Positions 17,711-25,372 are shown, counted from the stretch's first letter. The stretch: DNA of 32,000 bases from Coprobacillaceae bacterium (GCA_963675915.1 OY780959.1:180001-212000); one strand, 5' to 3'. Notes: generated by a model not told the origin, from the letters alone. Translations and numbers: made by a program.

Positions 17711-18865
17711 ATGAAATCTTTAGTTTTTAGAACGGTATTGATCTTTGTTTTAGCTTTTTGTATTGTTGGATGCTCATCGGAATCGGAAAGTGATCAAGGC
17801 ACCGGTAATTCGGATAGTGAAGAGGAAATAGATGTTGAAGGAGTAAGTATTTATCGAGTTGAAGAGGTTGAGGAGGATCCTCCGGTCAAAAGCACTACAA
17901 TGGCAACTGGTGAATTTGAATCGCTACTTTCAAAACTTCCATTGACTGTCGATTCAACAACTTACCACGTTCAAGATGATAGATATAAAGCGCTGTATCC
18001 TGATATGTTGCAAGCTGTAATAAAAAATAATTCGTCACTTGACATAAAAAATGCTATAGTAGCATTTGTCGCGTGGGATGAAAATAATCTTCCCGTGAAA
18101 ATTGTTGGCTCGATAGATTTTTCTGATGGTGCATACGTTAGAAAGGTTAATTATTCTGATATAAACTTAGTTCCAGGTGATACCTATGGGGAAAACTCAG
18201 GATTTGAAATCGATGAAAGTTGCGGAATAAAGTCATTTAAAGCCATTGTTGTCTCGTATGAAGCATTTAATGGAGAAGAATGGAATAATCCGTATTATGA
18301 TGAATGGCTTGATCTTTATGAGGGAGCGAAATATGCGGAAGATCTTTCTGTTGAGGTAATAATTGAGGATGAATTGGTAGATGATAAAGTAGTTGAAAAT
18401 CAATCTCCAACGGTGGATGTGGAATTATCTGAGCAAAATCTTATTTCAATAATTGATTCACAAGAGGTTAAAATTATTTCAACAACTTACCACGTTCAAG
18501 ATGATAGATATAAAGCGCTGTATCCTGATATGTTGCAAGCTGTAATAAAAAATAATTCGTCACTTGACATAAAAAATGCTATAGTAGCATTTGTCGCGTG
18601 GGATGAAAATAATCTTCCTGTGAAAATTGTTGGCTCGATAGATTTTTCTGATGGTGCATACGTTAGAAAGGTTAATTATTCTGATATAAACTTAGTTCCA
18701 GGTGATACCTATGGGGAAAACTCAGGATTTGAAATCGATGAAAGTTGCGGAATAAAGTCATTTAAAGCCATTGTTGTCTCGTATGAAGCATTTAATGGAG
18801 AAGAATGGAATAATCCGTATTATGATGAATGGCTTGATCTTTATGAGGGAGCGAAGTTGCTTTAG
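17711..18865 (+). CDS. Lipoprotein with two near-identical ~126-aa modules
   Basis: Lipobox CIVGC. An acidic linker follows. The protein sequence TTYHVQDDRYKALYPDM...YEGAK is present twice. Confidence 0.7.
   Translation: MKSLVFRTVLIFVLAFCIVGCSSESESDQGTGNSDSEEEIDVEGVSIYRVEEVEEDPPVKSTTMATGEFESLLSKLPLTVDSTTYHVQDDRYKALYPDMLQAVIKNNSSLDIKNAIVAFVAWDENNLPVKIVGSIDFSDGAYVRKVNYSDINLVPGDTYGENSGFEIDESCGIKSFKAIVVSYEAFNGEEWNNPYYDEWLDLYEGAKYAEDLSVEVIIEDELVDDKVVENQSPTVDVELSEQNLISIIDSQEVKIISTTYHVQDDRYKALYPDMLQAVIKNNSSLDIKNAIVAFVAWDENNLPVKIVGSIDFSDGAYVRKVNYSDINLVPGDTYGENSGFEIDESCGIKSFKAIVVSYEAFNGEEWNNPYYDEWLDLYEGAKLL
17953..18330 (+). repeat. Copy 1 of a 378-bp intragenic direct repeat
   Basis: Aligned by eye with 18478-18855. 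The only difference is C at 18094 against T at 18619. Confidence 0.95.
18478..18855 (+). repeat. Copy 2 of the 378-bp intragenic direct repeat (525-bp period)
   Basis: See copy 1. A 147-bp unique spacer (18331-18477) separates the copies. Confidence 0.95.
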
Positions 18866-18995
18866 GAAAAGCGTTAGTCTACTTGGTTCACTAATATTAT
18901 GATATGTTAAAAAGGATAGGCCGTTGTGGTCTATCCTCTTTGCATGTATGTTGTCATATCGATTCTTATTATTCGCTACGTGGAATTGGCATAAA

Positions 18996-19943
18996 TTACT
19001 GTGTTTGAATATAATAATTTTGACCAAAAACATTTAGTTTGATTTGTATATCTCGGTCCAGTAGGCTGTCTGATATTTCAATTAAACAATAGACAATCTC
19101 TTCATCTAATGGATCGATTTGGGCATATCCACTAATATCGGCTCCATTATCTTCCTCACAAACAATAAATCCTTTGTATTCATATTTATCGTCAACGATT
19201 GCTTTGCATCCTATCACATCATCTGGGTCTAGGCTACTAGTATACAGATTAGTTAATTTCATTTTCAAGGCCAAATACGAATTATCAGCATCATCAACTT
19301 CATAATAACTATACCATGAATCTGTAGGTGAACTTGGACGTATTTCTTTTGTTTTGAGTATTTCCACTATATTTAGTGAGCAATAATCTTCTTTCTCAAT
19401 AATATCACCGTAACTTAAAGTCAATTTGGTAGGCGCTAATTCGGTTACATTTAAACTAAGTAAACTTTCGTCGCTGTTAATAGTAAGTTTCAAAGATACT
19501 TCTTCAGGTATTTTGTCTTCAGCAATTTCAAAATACAAATGAGCTTTTGCGTTGTCTAATGGGGCTATATCCTCATATGCCCATAATCCTGTCCCATCAT
19601 CTTCTTCTGTTATTATCTTTGCATCGTACTCCATATCATTAACAATAAATATTCCCTCCATGAAATCAGGTAACTCGATAGCGCTTGAACTTTCGTTAGT
19701 TACTTCCATCGATAAATCAAGGAAAACATTATCATTAGACTCAGGCTCATAGTAGCTATAATAACCTACGGTAGAAGATGGTTCGATCACATCAGTGATC
19801 TCCAGTCCAATAATTTTGTACGAAAGTAACTCTTCGACTAAAAATTCATCCCCTTTGGCAACCTCAATTGCTGTTTTGCCTCCGCTCGAAGCGCAACCGG
19901 CCAATAGTAGTGATAACGATAAAACACTTAACAATTTCTTCAT
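18996..19943 (-). CDS. Lipoprotein with two diverged DUF4352-like beta-sandwich repeats (315 aa)
   Basis: Lipobox LLAGC. Two related segments: ...EPSSTVGYYSYYEPESNDNVFLDLSMEVTN and ...RPSSPTDSWYSYYEVDDADNSYLALKMKLTN. Confidence 0.65.
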   Translation of the reverse strand: MKKLLSVLSLSLLLAGCASSGGKTAIEVAKGDEFLVEELLSYKIIGLEITDVIEPSSTVGYYSYYEPESNDNVFLDLSMEVTNESSSAIELPDFMEGIFIVNDMEYDAKIITEEDDGTGLWAYEDIAPLDNAKAHLYFEIAEDKIPEEVSLKLTINSDESLLSLNVTELAPTKLTLSYGDIIEKEDYCSLNIVEILKTKEIRPSSPTDSWYSYYEVDDADNSYLALKMKLTNLYTSSLDPDDVIGCKAIVDDKYEYKGFIVCEEDNGADISGYAQIDPLDEEIVYCLIEISDSLLDRDIQIKLNVFGQNYYIQTQ

Positions 19944-19968
19944 AAAATTCTCCTCTCATATAAAGTTA

Positions 19969-19997
19969 ATTATACAGGTGTATCATAAGTGCGTCAA
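19969..19997 (-). promoter_or_regulatory. Sigma-A type promoter for the 18996-19943 lipoprotein gene
   Basis: On the minus strand: TTGACG, a 17-nt spacer, then TATAAT, about 25 nt upstream of the GAGAGGAG RBS. Confidence 0.5.
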
Positions 19998-20390
19998 TAA
20001 TCATCGGAATTTATATATATGTTTCATATGGTTCTATTCTTGTTGATGTGAGGTGTGATTTCGTTGTTCATGTAATATTAAGCAAATATCCTGATTAATT
20101 CTTCTCGCATTTAGTGCTTATTCGATCGTTCATTTTGACTAATTAAATTAATAAATATGTCGATTAATTCGATGATGCCTTAAAATAGAAAATACAAGGA
20201 TTGTCAAACATCATAACAGAAGCGAGCTGGTTTTGTTGTATTGTCTTGAATTATTACAAAAACTGAACTTGGAGTTGTTAGTAGATACTATTCTTTACCG
20301 ATTGTCATCATGCTTATCATCTTCTAATGTATACATACTAAAGGATTGAAGTGATTACTCTTTAAATTTCCAATTTTCTTATCTGTTTGA

Positions 20391-20434
20391 AAAATGTTGC
20401 CAAAATGTTGCCAAAATGTTGCCAAAATGTTGCC
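20391..20434 (+). repeat. Four perfect tandem copies of the 11-mer AAAATGTTGCC
   Basis: Read directly. The period is about one helical turn. The last unit continues as TTGCCAC. Confidence 0.95.
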
Positions 20435-20486
20435 ACGGTAAAAAAGAGTATAAAAAAATGGCTATTTCTAGCCATTTATATTCGAA

Positions 20487-20509
20487 TGGTGTGGCAGACC
20501 GGACTTGAA
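20487..20509 (-). other. tRNA 3'-end-like remnant (T-loop, T-stem 3' strand, acceptor 3' strand, ACCA)
   Basis: The minus strand reads TTCAAGTCCGGTCTGCCACACCA. No matching 5' acceptor strand or rest of a tRNA lies upstream, so it is a fragment only. Confidence 0.45.
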
Positions 20510-20532
20510 TGAACAATTTGAAAAATGCATTC

Positions 20533-20553
20533 TTGTGGCAAGTTTGTGGCAAG
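20533..20553 (+). repeat. Two copies of TTGTGGCAAG at 11-bp spacing, inverted relative to the TTGCCA units at 20391-20436
   Basis: Read directly. The reverse complement CTTGCCACAA shares TTGCCAC with the last left-hand unit. Confidence 0.8.
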
Positions 20554-20569
20554 GGTGTTTTTGGTAACT

Positions 20570-20593
20570 AAAAAACGACCATATATGGCCGTT
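20570..20593 (-). terminator. Intrinsic terminator of the tRNA operon
   Basis: On the minus strand: ACGGCCA-TATA-TGGTCGT hairpin (one G-U pair) followed by TTTTTT, immediately downstream of tRNA-Leu. Confidence 0.6.
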
Positions 20594-20603
20594 ATTTTAA
20601 GAT

Positions 20604-20687
20604 TGGTGCGGGTGACAGGAATCGAACCTGCACGCCGAAGGCGCTAGATCCTAAGTCTAGTGCGTCTGCCAGTTCCGCCACACCCGC
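20604..20687 (-). tRNA. tRNA-Leu(UAG): tRNA-Leu, anticodon TAG (84 nt, long variable arm, encoded CCA)
   Basis: Acceptor GCGGGTG/CACCCGC. Anticodon stem CTAGA/TCTAG with loop CTTAGGA. T-loop GGTTCGATTCC. Confidence 0.92.
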
Positions 20688-20699
20688 AATTTATTTAAA

Positions 20700-20775
20700 T
20701 GGTGACCCGCAGGCGACTCGAACGCCTGACCCTCTGATTAAAAGTCAGATGCTCTACCGACTGAGCTAGCGGGTC
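20700..20775 (-). tRNA. tRNA-Lys(UUU): tRNA-Lys, anticodon TTT
   Basis: Begins GACCCGCTAGCTCAGTCGGTAGAGC. Anticodon loop CTTTTAA. Encoded CCA. Confidence 0.92.
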
Positions 20776-20779
20776 TAAA

Positions 20780-20855
<76 letters not shown>

Positions 20856-20871
20856 TTATAATTATTTAGAA

Positions 20872-20947
20872 TGGTGGGGGTTAACGGGCTCGAACCGCTG
20901 ACCCTCTGCTTGTAAGGCAGATGCTCTCCCAACTGAGCTAAACCCCC
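20872..20947 (-). tRNA. tRNA-Val(UAC): tRNA-Val, anticodon TAC
   Basis: Begins GGGGGTTTAGCTCAGTTGGGAGAGC. Anticodon loop CTTACAA. Encoded CCA. Confidence 0.92.
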
Positions 20948-20955
20948 GATTAAAT

Positions 20956-21031
20956 TGGTGACCCGTACGGGATTCGAACCCGTGAATGCATGCGTGAAAG
21001 GCATGTGAGTTAACCGTTTCTCCAACGGGCC
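20956..21031 (-). tRNA. tRNA-Glu(UUC): tRNA-Glu, anticodon TTC
   Basis: Acceptor GGCCCGT/ACGGGTC. Anticodon stem CATGC/GCATG with loop CTTTCAC. Encoded CCA. Confidence 0.88.
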
Positions 21032-21034
21032 ACA

Positions 21035-21110
21035 TGGCGCTTGAAGTAGGACTCGAACCTACGACCGCTCGGTTAACAGCCGAGTGCTCTACCAACTGAG
21101 CTATTCAAGC
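21035..21110 (-). tRNA. tRNA-Asn(GUU): tRNA-Asn, anticodon GTT
   Basis: Begins GCTTGAATAGCTCAGTTGGTAGAGC. Anticodon loop CTGTTAA. Encoded CCA. Confidence 0.92.
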
Positions 21111-21137
21111 AATTGCTGTATTGCTTAGTGCTCAATG

Positions 21138-21166
21138 ATAATAACATCTAATCGCATGTAATGCAA
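21138..21166 (-). promoter_or_regulatory. Candidate sigma-A promoter of the six-tRNA operon
   Basis: On the minus strand: TTGCAT, a 17-nt spacer, then TATTAT, preceded by an A/T-rich UP-like tract and about 25 nt upstream of tRNA-Asn. Confidence 0.45.
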
Positions 21167-21239
21167 TACTTTTTAGCAAAAAAAATTAAAAAATTTCAAT
21201 TATTTTGAGCGGTGATCAATTAATGATTTTGCCTGAAAG

Positions 21240-21482
21240 TTACTTGATTTGAAGAATTCTTGGATTTATCGGACCTTTTTCAATTTTGATGAATTTTGGT
21301 TTGAAATAATCATTCATGATGGCAATCAATTCATCAATATCAATTGTTTCATCATCTTCATCATATACCAACTCCATTGATTGGGAACCGCATGTGTCAT
21401 GAAGTTTCACCTTTGCAGGGATGTTCTTTTCATTGAAAATCTTATTAATAAACGGGGCATCGAATGCTGATACTGATTTCAT
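21240..21482 (-). CDS. Hypothetical small protein (80 aa)
   Basis: AAGGAGAATG-type RBS on the minus strand. Acidic central segment. No firm family assignment. Confidence 0.55.
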   Translation of the reverse strand: MKSVSAFDAPFINKIFNEKNIPAKVKLHDTCGSQSMELVYDEDDETIDIDELIAIMNDYFKPKFIKIEKGPINPRILQIK

Positions 21483-21559
21483 GTAATCATTCTCCTTAGT
21501 TTCTTTTTTGGTACTTTAATGATATAATGTTTTCAATTAAATTACAAGGAGGACTTATT

Positions 21560-21817
21560 ATGAGTTATGAGGAAGCATTGGAATCAGGCAGAGAATTGGA
21601 AGTGTATTTCGATTCGGAACAGGCTGACTTGAAAGCTGATGAAAATGTTTTAGATGCTCTTTGGCAAAGCAACTATGACGTATGCAAACTGATTGCCAAC
21701 GGAGTTCTTGATGGTTTCACCAAGGAAGAATTCGATGCGGCAATAATATGGTTGAAAGATACCAAACATCTAACTGAGGATTATCAGGATTTTGCAGTTG
21801 AAATGGAGATGCATTAA
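21560..21817 (+). CDS. Hypothetical small acidic protein (85 aa)
   Basis: AAGGAGG RBS before ATG 21560. The ORF-track start at 21527 lacks an RBS. Confidence 0.55.
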   Translation: MSYEEALESGRELEVYFDSEQADLKADENVLDALWQSNYDVCKLIANGVLDGFTKEEFDAAIIWLKDTKHLTEDYQDFAVEMEMH

Positions 21818-21818
21818 T

Positions 21819-22673
21819 TTGAACAAGACATTAATAGTATGTGATACAACCAGCGCGATGAACCTTGAAAGAAGTAAAAAAGAGGGCATCGAGCTGCTTT
21901 CGCTTTCGGTTATCATTGATAATGTGGAATACAAGGACCAGATCGACATCTCTACTCATGAACTGTATCAGAAGTTGAAAGAAGGGGCGCTTCCTTCAAC
22001 CAGCCAGCCTAACACTGGTTATTTGATGCGCAAGATGTACGAGTGGAAAGAACAAAATTATGATGATATTGTCATCCTCTGTTGTTCAAGCAATCTTTCC
22101 GGTACTTATTCAGGCGTGATGATTGCCAAGGACCAGTGTGAGATGGAAAATGTAACTGTAGTGGATACCAGAACCATTGGGGCTCCGATTCTTGATATGG
22201 CGATTTATGCCAAGAAAATGGCGGATGATGGCAAAAGCGGGGCGGAGATTGTCGCTGGCGTAAAAGTGAAGATGGCCAACACTTTCTCATTCCTTTATCC
22301 TGAGACGCTCAAACAGCTGGCTAGAGGTGGTCGGTTGTCTCCGGTTGCTGCCGGTCTGGCAGGGATGCTTAAAATAAAGGTTTTACTGGCCCTCGATGAA
22401 CAAGGCAACCAGATTGATCGTTTTGATATGGCCAGAACGGAAACCAAGTTGCTTCGTCATGTCCGGGAACATTTCCAAAAAATAGGAATTGATGCCCAAA
22501 CCCACAAACTTTATGTTTCTCATGCCGATAATTATGATGTTGCAATCAAAGTGGCTGAATATCTCAAATTGCACCTTAATAATATCGACATCGAGATTCT
22601 GGAATTTCCGGCAGTTCTTTCAAGTCATGCCGGAATTGGAAGTATTGCCATCCAATCTACTTATAAGATGTAA
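21819..22673 (+). CDS. DegV-family (fatty-acid-binding) protein
   Basis: Typical N-terminus IVCDTTSAM. Size and overall pattern fit DegV proteins. The likely start is TTG 21819 behind GGAGA; the alternative ORF-track start is 21792. Confidence 0.75.
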   Translation: MNKTLIVCDTTSAMNLERSKKEGIELLSLSVIIDNVEYKDQIDISTHELYQKLKEGALPSTSQPNTGYLMRKMYEWKEQNYDDIVILCCSSNLSGTYSGVMIAKDQCEMENVTVVDTRTIGAPILDMAIYAKKMADDGKSGAEIVAGVKVKMANTFSFLYPETLKQLARGGRLSPVAAGLAGMLKIKVLLALDEQGNQIDRFDMARTETKLLRHVREHFQKIGIDAQTHKLYVSHADNYDVAIKVAEYLKLHLNNIDIEILEFPAVLSSHAGIGSIAIQSTYKM

Positions 22674-22734
22674 TCCAAACCGTACTTTTTGGGTCAAAAA
22701 ACCTGATTATTGTGAGATTTTTAGGTTAGGGATA

Positions 22735-22991
22735 TTGACATCGTGGTGATATTGTCTATAATGAATTTAACTCAGTGAAAAAAAGAGTAGGATTATGAAA
22801 GTCTCGAGCGAACTGACGATGGTGCAAGGTCAGTGGCGGCAGTAATCTGAAGCGCATTTTGGAGAGGAAAGTTGGAAATCAAGTATAACTTTCGGGTAAC
22901 TGCCCTTATCAGTGAAAGAGGTCATTAGGTCGACTAATGACAATTAGAGTGGTAACGCGTTGATAACGTCTCTTTTCAAGAGGCGTTTTTT
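22735..22991 (+). promoter_or_regulatory. Promoter plus T-box riboswitch leader, probable Arg (CGC) specifier, controlling the dipeptidase-argF unit
   Basis: TTGACA (22735-22740), a 16-nt spacer, TATAAT (22757-22762). Stem I elements GUGA and AGAGUA. Specifier context UCUGAAG-CGC-A (CGC at 22853-22855). T-box AATTAGAGTGGTAACGCG (22942-22959). Terminator hairpin plus T-run at 22965-22991. Confidence 0.85.
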
Positions 22992-23026
22992 GTATTAAGG
23001 GAAATTCCAAGGAGAATAAGGGGGAT

Positions 23027-23992
23027 ATGATGAAAATAGTTGATATGCACTGTGATACGGTGACAAGATTATATTTTGATGATGAGGGAGATACCAAGTT
23101 AGCGAAGAATGAATGCCATCTTGATCTGGAAAAGATGAAAATGGGGGATTATCTGTTACAGAATTTTGCGGTCTTTTTAAATATGACCAAGCATGATGAT
23201 CTTACTGATCTGACCTTGAAGATCATTGATTTTTTTAAAAACGAGCTTGAAGCAAATAAGGATGTTATCAAGCAAGTATATAAATATGAAGATATTGATG
23301 CTGGAATGCTCAATGCGCTGTTGACGATTGAGGACAGTGAACTGGTTCCGTATGAAGAATTGGAAAGATTTTACGATCTGGGAGTCCGGATGATTACCTT
23401 GACATGGAATTATCCAAACCGGGTGGGCTATCCTAATATTGATGGTTATAATGCCAAGTCTTATGAGGATATCATGCGGATTGATGATGAAAGTGGACTG
23501 ACTGATTATGGGGTCAGGTATGTCAAGAAAATGGAAGAGTTGGGAATTATCGTTGACGTTTCCCATGCTTCCGATAAACTGATCAAAGATGTTCTGGCGG
23601 TTACAACCAAACCATTCGTGGCATCTCATTCGAATGCCCGGGCATGTTGCAATGTGGCCAGAAATTTGCCGGACTACCTGATTGAGGAAATGATGGCCCG
23701 CGATTGTGTGATCGGCTTGAACTTTTTGGGTGATTTTCTGACTGATGACCGTTCGAATGAGTCCCGGATCGCTGATATGATTCGTCACCTTAGCCATTTC
23801 AAGGAAATTGGAGCTATTGACAATATCGGTCTTGGAAGCGATTTTGACGGAATCAACGGTAAATTGGAGGTCTTCGACGGCCGGGCGATGAAGGATCTGG
23901 TTGCAGCCATGGAAAAAGTGTTTTCCAAGGAGGAAGTTGAGAAAATTACTCATGGCAATGTGTTGAATCTGTATAAGGAAATGTTACAATAA
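23027..23992 (+). CDS. Peptidase M19 family dipeptidase (renal-dipeptidase-like)
   Basis: N-terminal metal motif VDMHCDT. DVSHAS and ASHSNAR blocks are typical of the M19 family. GGAGAATAAGGGGGA RBS region. Confidence 0.8.
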   Translation: MMKIVDMHCDTVTRLYFDDEGDTKLAKNECHLDLEKMKMGDYLLQNFAVFLNMTKHDDLTDLTLKIIDFFKNELEANKDVIKQVYKYEDIDAGMLNALLTIEDSELVPYEELERFYDLGVRMITLTWNYPNRVGYPNIDGYNAKSYEDIMRIDDESGLTDYGVRYVKKMEELGIIVDVSHASDKLIKDVLAVTTKPFVASHSNARACCNVARNLPDYLIEEMMARDCVIGLNFLGDFLTDDRSNESRIADMIRHLSHFKEIGAIDNIGLGSDFDGINGKLEVFDGRAMKDLVAAMEKVFSKEEVEKITHGNVLNLYKEMLQ

Positions 23993-24078
23993 TAATTAGA
24001 GAAGATATCGCTCCTTGCGGCGTGATATTTGATAAAAGAAAACAAATGAAATTAAACAATAACCGAGGAGGAATTACT

Positions 24079-25068
24079 GTGGATTTAAAAGGTAGAAGTT
24101 TTTTAACTTTAAAAGATTATTCAAAAGAAGAGATCAGATATTTGCTGGATCTTTCTAAAGAATTGAAAGCAAAAAAATACAGCGGGGTGATCGGTGATAC
24201 CCTGGCAGGTAAAAACATCGTTTTGATTTTTGATAAAACATCAACTCGTACTCGTTGTTCATTCGAAGTTGCCATCAACGATGAAGGTGGGAACGTTACT
24301 TTCCTGAACAACTCGCAATTCAATGTCAAAGAATCAATCGAAGACAGTGCCAAAGTATTGGGTGGCATTTATGATGGAATCGAATATCGTGGCTTCGAAC
24401 AAAGCATCGTTGAACAGTTGGCAGAATTTTCCAATGTACCGGTTTACAACGGTTTGACTGATGTCGATCATCCGACTCAGACTCTGGCTGATTTCTTGAC
24501 AATCGAAGAATGCATCGACAAACCACTTAATGAAGTGAAATTTGTCTTTGCCGGAGATATCCGTAATAATGTATGTTATGGTCTGATGTATGGAGCCTGC
24601 AAAATGGGGATGGATTTTGTTTGCCTGGGGCCTGATGAACTGGAAGTGGATCCGGAAGTTTTGGCATACTGTCAACAAGAGGCTGAAGCTTCAGGCGGTT
24701 CGATCACGGTTACTTCATCTCTTGATGATATCAAGGGAGCCGATGTCATCTATACTGATATCTGGGTATCAATGGGAGAACCGGAAGAACTTTATGTAAC
24801 CCGTACTGAAATGCTAAAACCATACAAGGTTACTGAAGCGATGATGGCTAAAACTGAAAATGATGACTGTCTTTTCATGCATTGCTTGCCTTCATTCCAT
24901 GATTTTGAAACCAAACTGGCGAAAGATAAGATCGAACAGGGAATCGATATCCGTGAAGTTGAAGACGAAGTATTCAGATCAAAAAATTCAGTGGTTTTCC
25001 AGGAAGCTGAAAACAGAATGCACACAATCAAAGCGGTATTGGTTGCAACTCTTGGAAAAACTAAATAA
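24079..25068 (+). CDS. argF: Ornithine carbamoyltransferase
   Basis: STRTRCSFE, HPTQ, VSMG and HCLP motifs. Start assigned to GTG 24079, 7 nt behind GAGGAGG; the ORF-track ATG 24022 would add an unusual 19-aa extension. Confidence 0.9.
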   Translation: MDLKGRSFLTLKDYSKEEIRYLLDLSKELKAKKYSGVIGDTLAGKNIVLIFDKTSTRTRCSFEVAINDEGGNVTFLNNSQFNVKESIEDSAKVLGGIYDGIEYRGFEQSIVEQLAEFSNVPVYNGLTDVDHPTQTLADFLTIEECIDKPLNEVKFVFAGDIRNNVCYGLMYGACKMGMDFVCLGPDELEVDPEVLAYCQQEAEASGGSITVTSSLDDIKGADVIYTDIWVSMGEPEELYVTRTEMLKPYKVTEAMMAKTENDDCLFMHCLPSFHDFETKLAKDKIEQGIDIREVEDEVFRSKNSVVFQEAENRMHTIKAVLVATLGKTK

Positions 25069-25101
25069 TTTATTTGATTTTGGGTTTTTACTAAAAAGAT
25101 A

Positions 25102-25372
25102 TTGACTTTACATGATTATTGTCTATAATGAGAATAACTATTTATATAACTCGATGAGAAAAAGAGTAGGACTATGGAAGTGTTTAGCGAGCTGGCGTTG
25201 GTGGAAGGCCGGAGATGGAATTAGTCTGAAGCGCATTTTTGAGAGGAAGGCCGGAAATTAGTATGGCTTTCGGGTAACTGCCCTTATCAGTGAGAGTGGT
25301 CATCAGGTCAACTGGTGGCAATTAGAGTGGTAACGCGTAGATAACGTCTCTTTTTTAAGAGGCGTTTTTTTT
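25102..25372 (+). promoter_or_regulatory. Promoter plus second T-box riboswitch leader (paralogue of 22735-22991), probable Arg (CGC) specifier, controlling argCJB
   Basis: TTGACT (25102-25107), a 16-nt spacer, TATAAT (25124-25129). The specifier context UCUGAAG-CGC-A is identical to leader 1 (CGC at 25232-25234). T-box AATTAGAGTGGTAACGCG (25320-25337). Terminator at 25343-25372. Confidence 0.85.

Noticed and set aside
20391-20434. Possible CRISPR array or microsatellite-coded peptide
   Set aside because: The 11-mers are directly abutting with no spacers, there are only four units, and no cas genes are present. It is not a CRISPR and is reported as a tandem repeat instead.
20487-20509. A seventh, functional tRNA gene
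   Set aside because: Only the last 23 nt of a tRNA-like sequence are present. The upstream minus-strand sequence lacks the complementary acceptor strand, D-arm and anticodon arm.
20862-21095. 77-aa minus-strand ORF in the six-frame track
   Set aside because: It lies entirely across the tRNA-Val, tRNA-Glu and tRNA-Asn genes. It is an artefact of translating structured RNA genes.
23177-23953. 258-aa minus-strand ORF
   Set aside because: It is antisense to the well-supported M19 dipeptidase gene. It has no RBS and a low-complexity, atypical composition. It is a shadow ORF.
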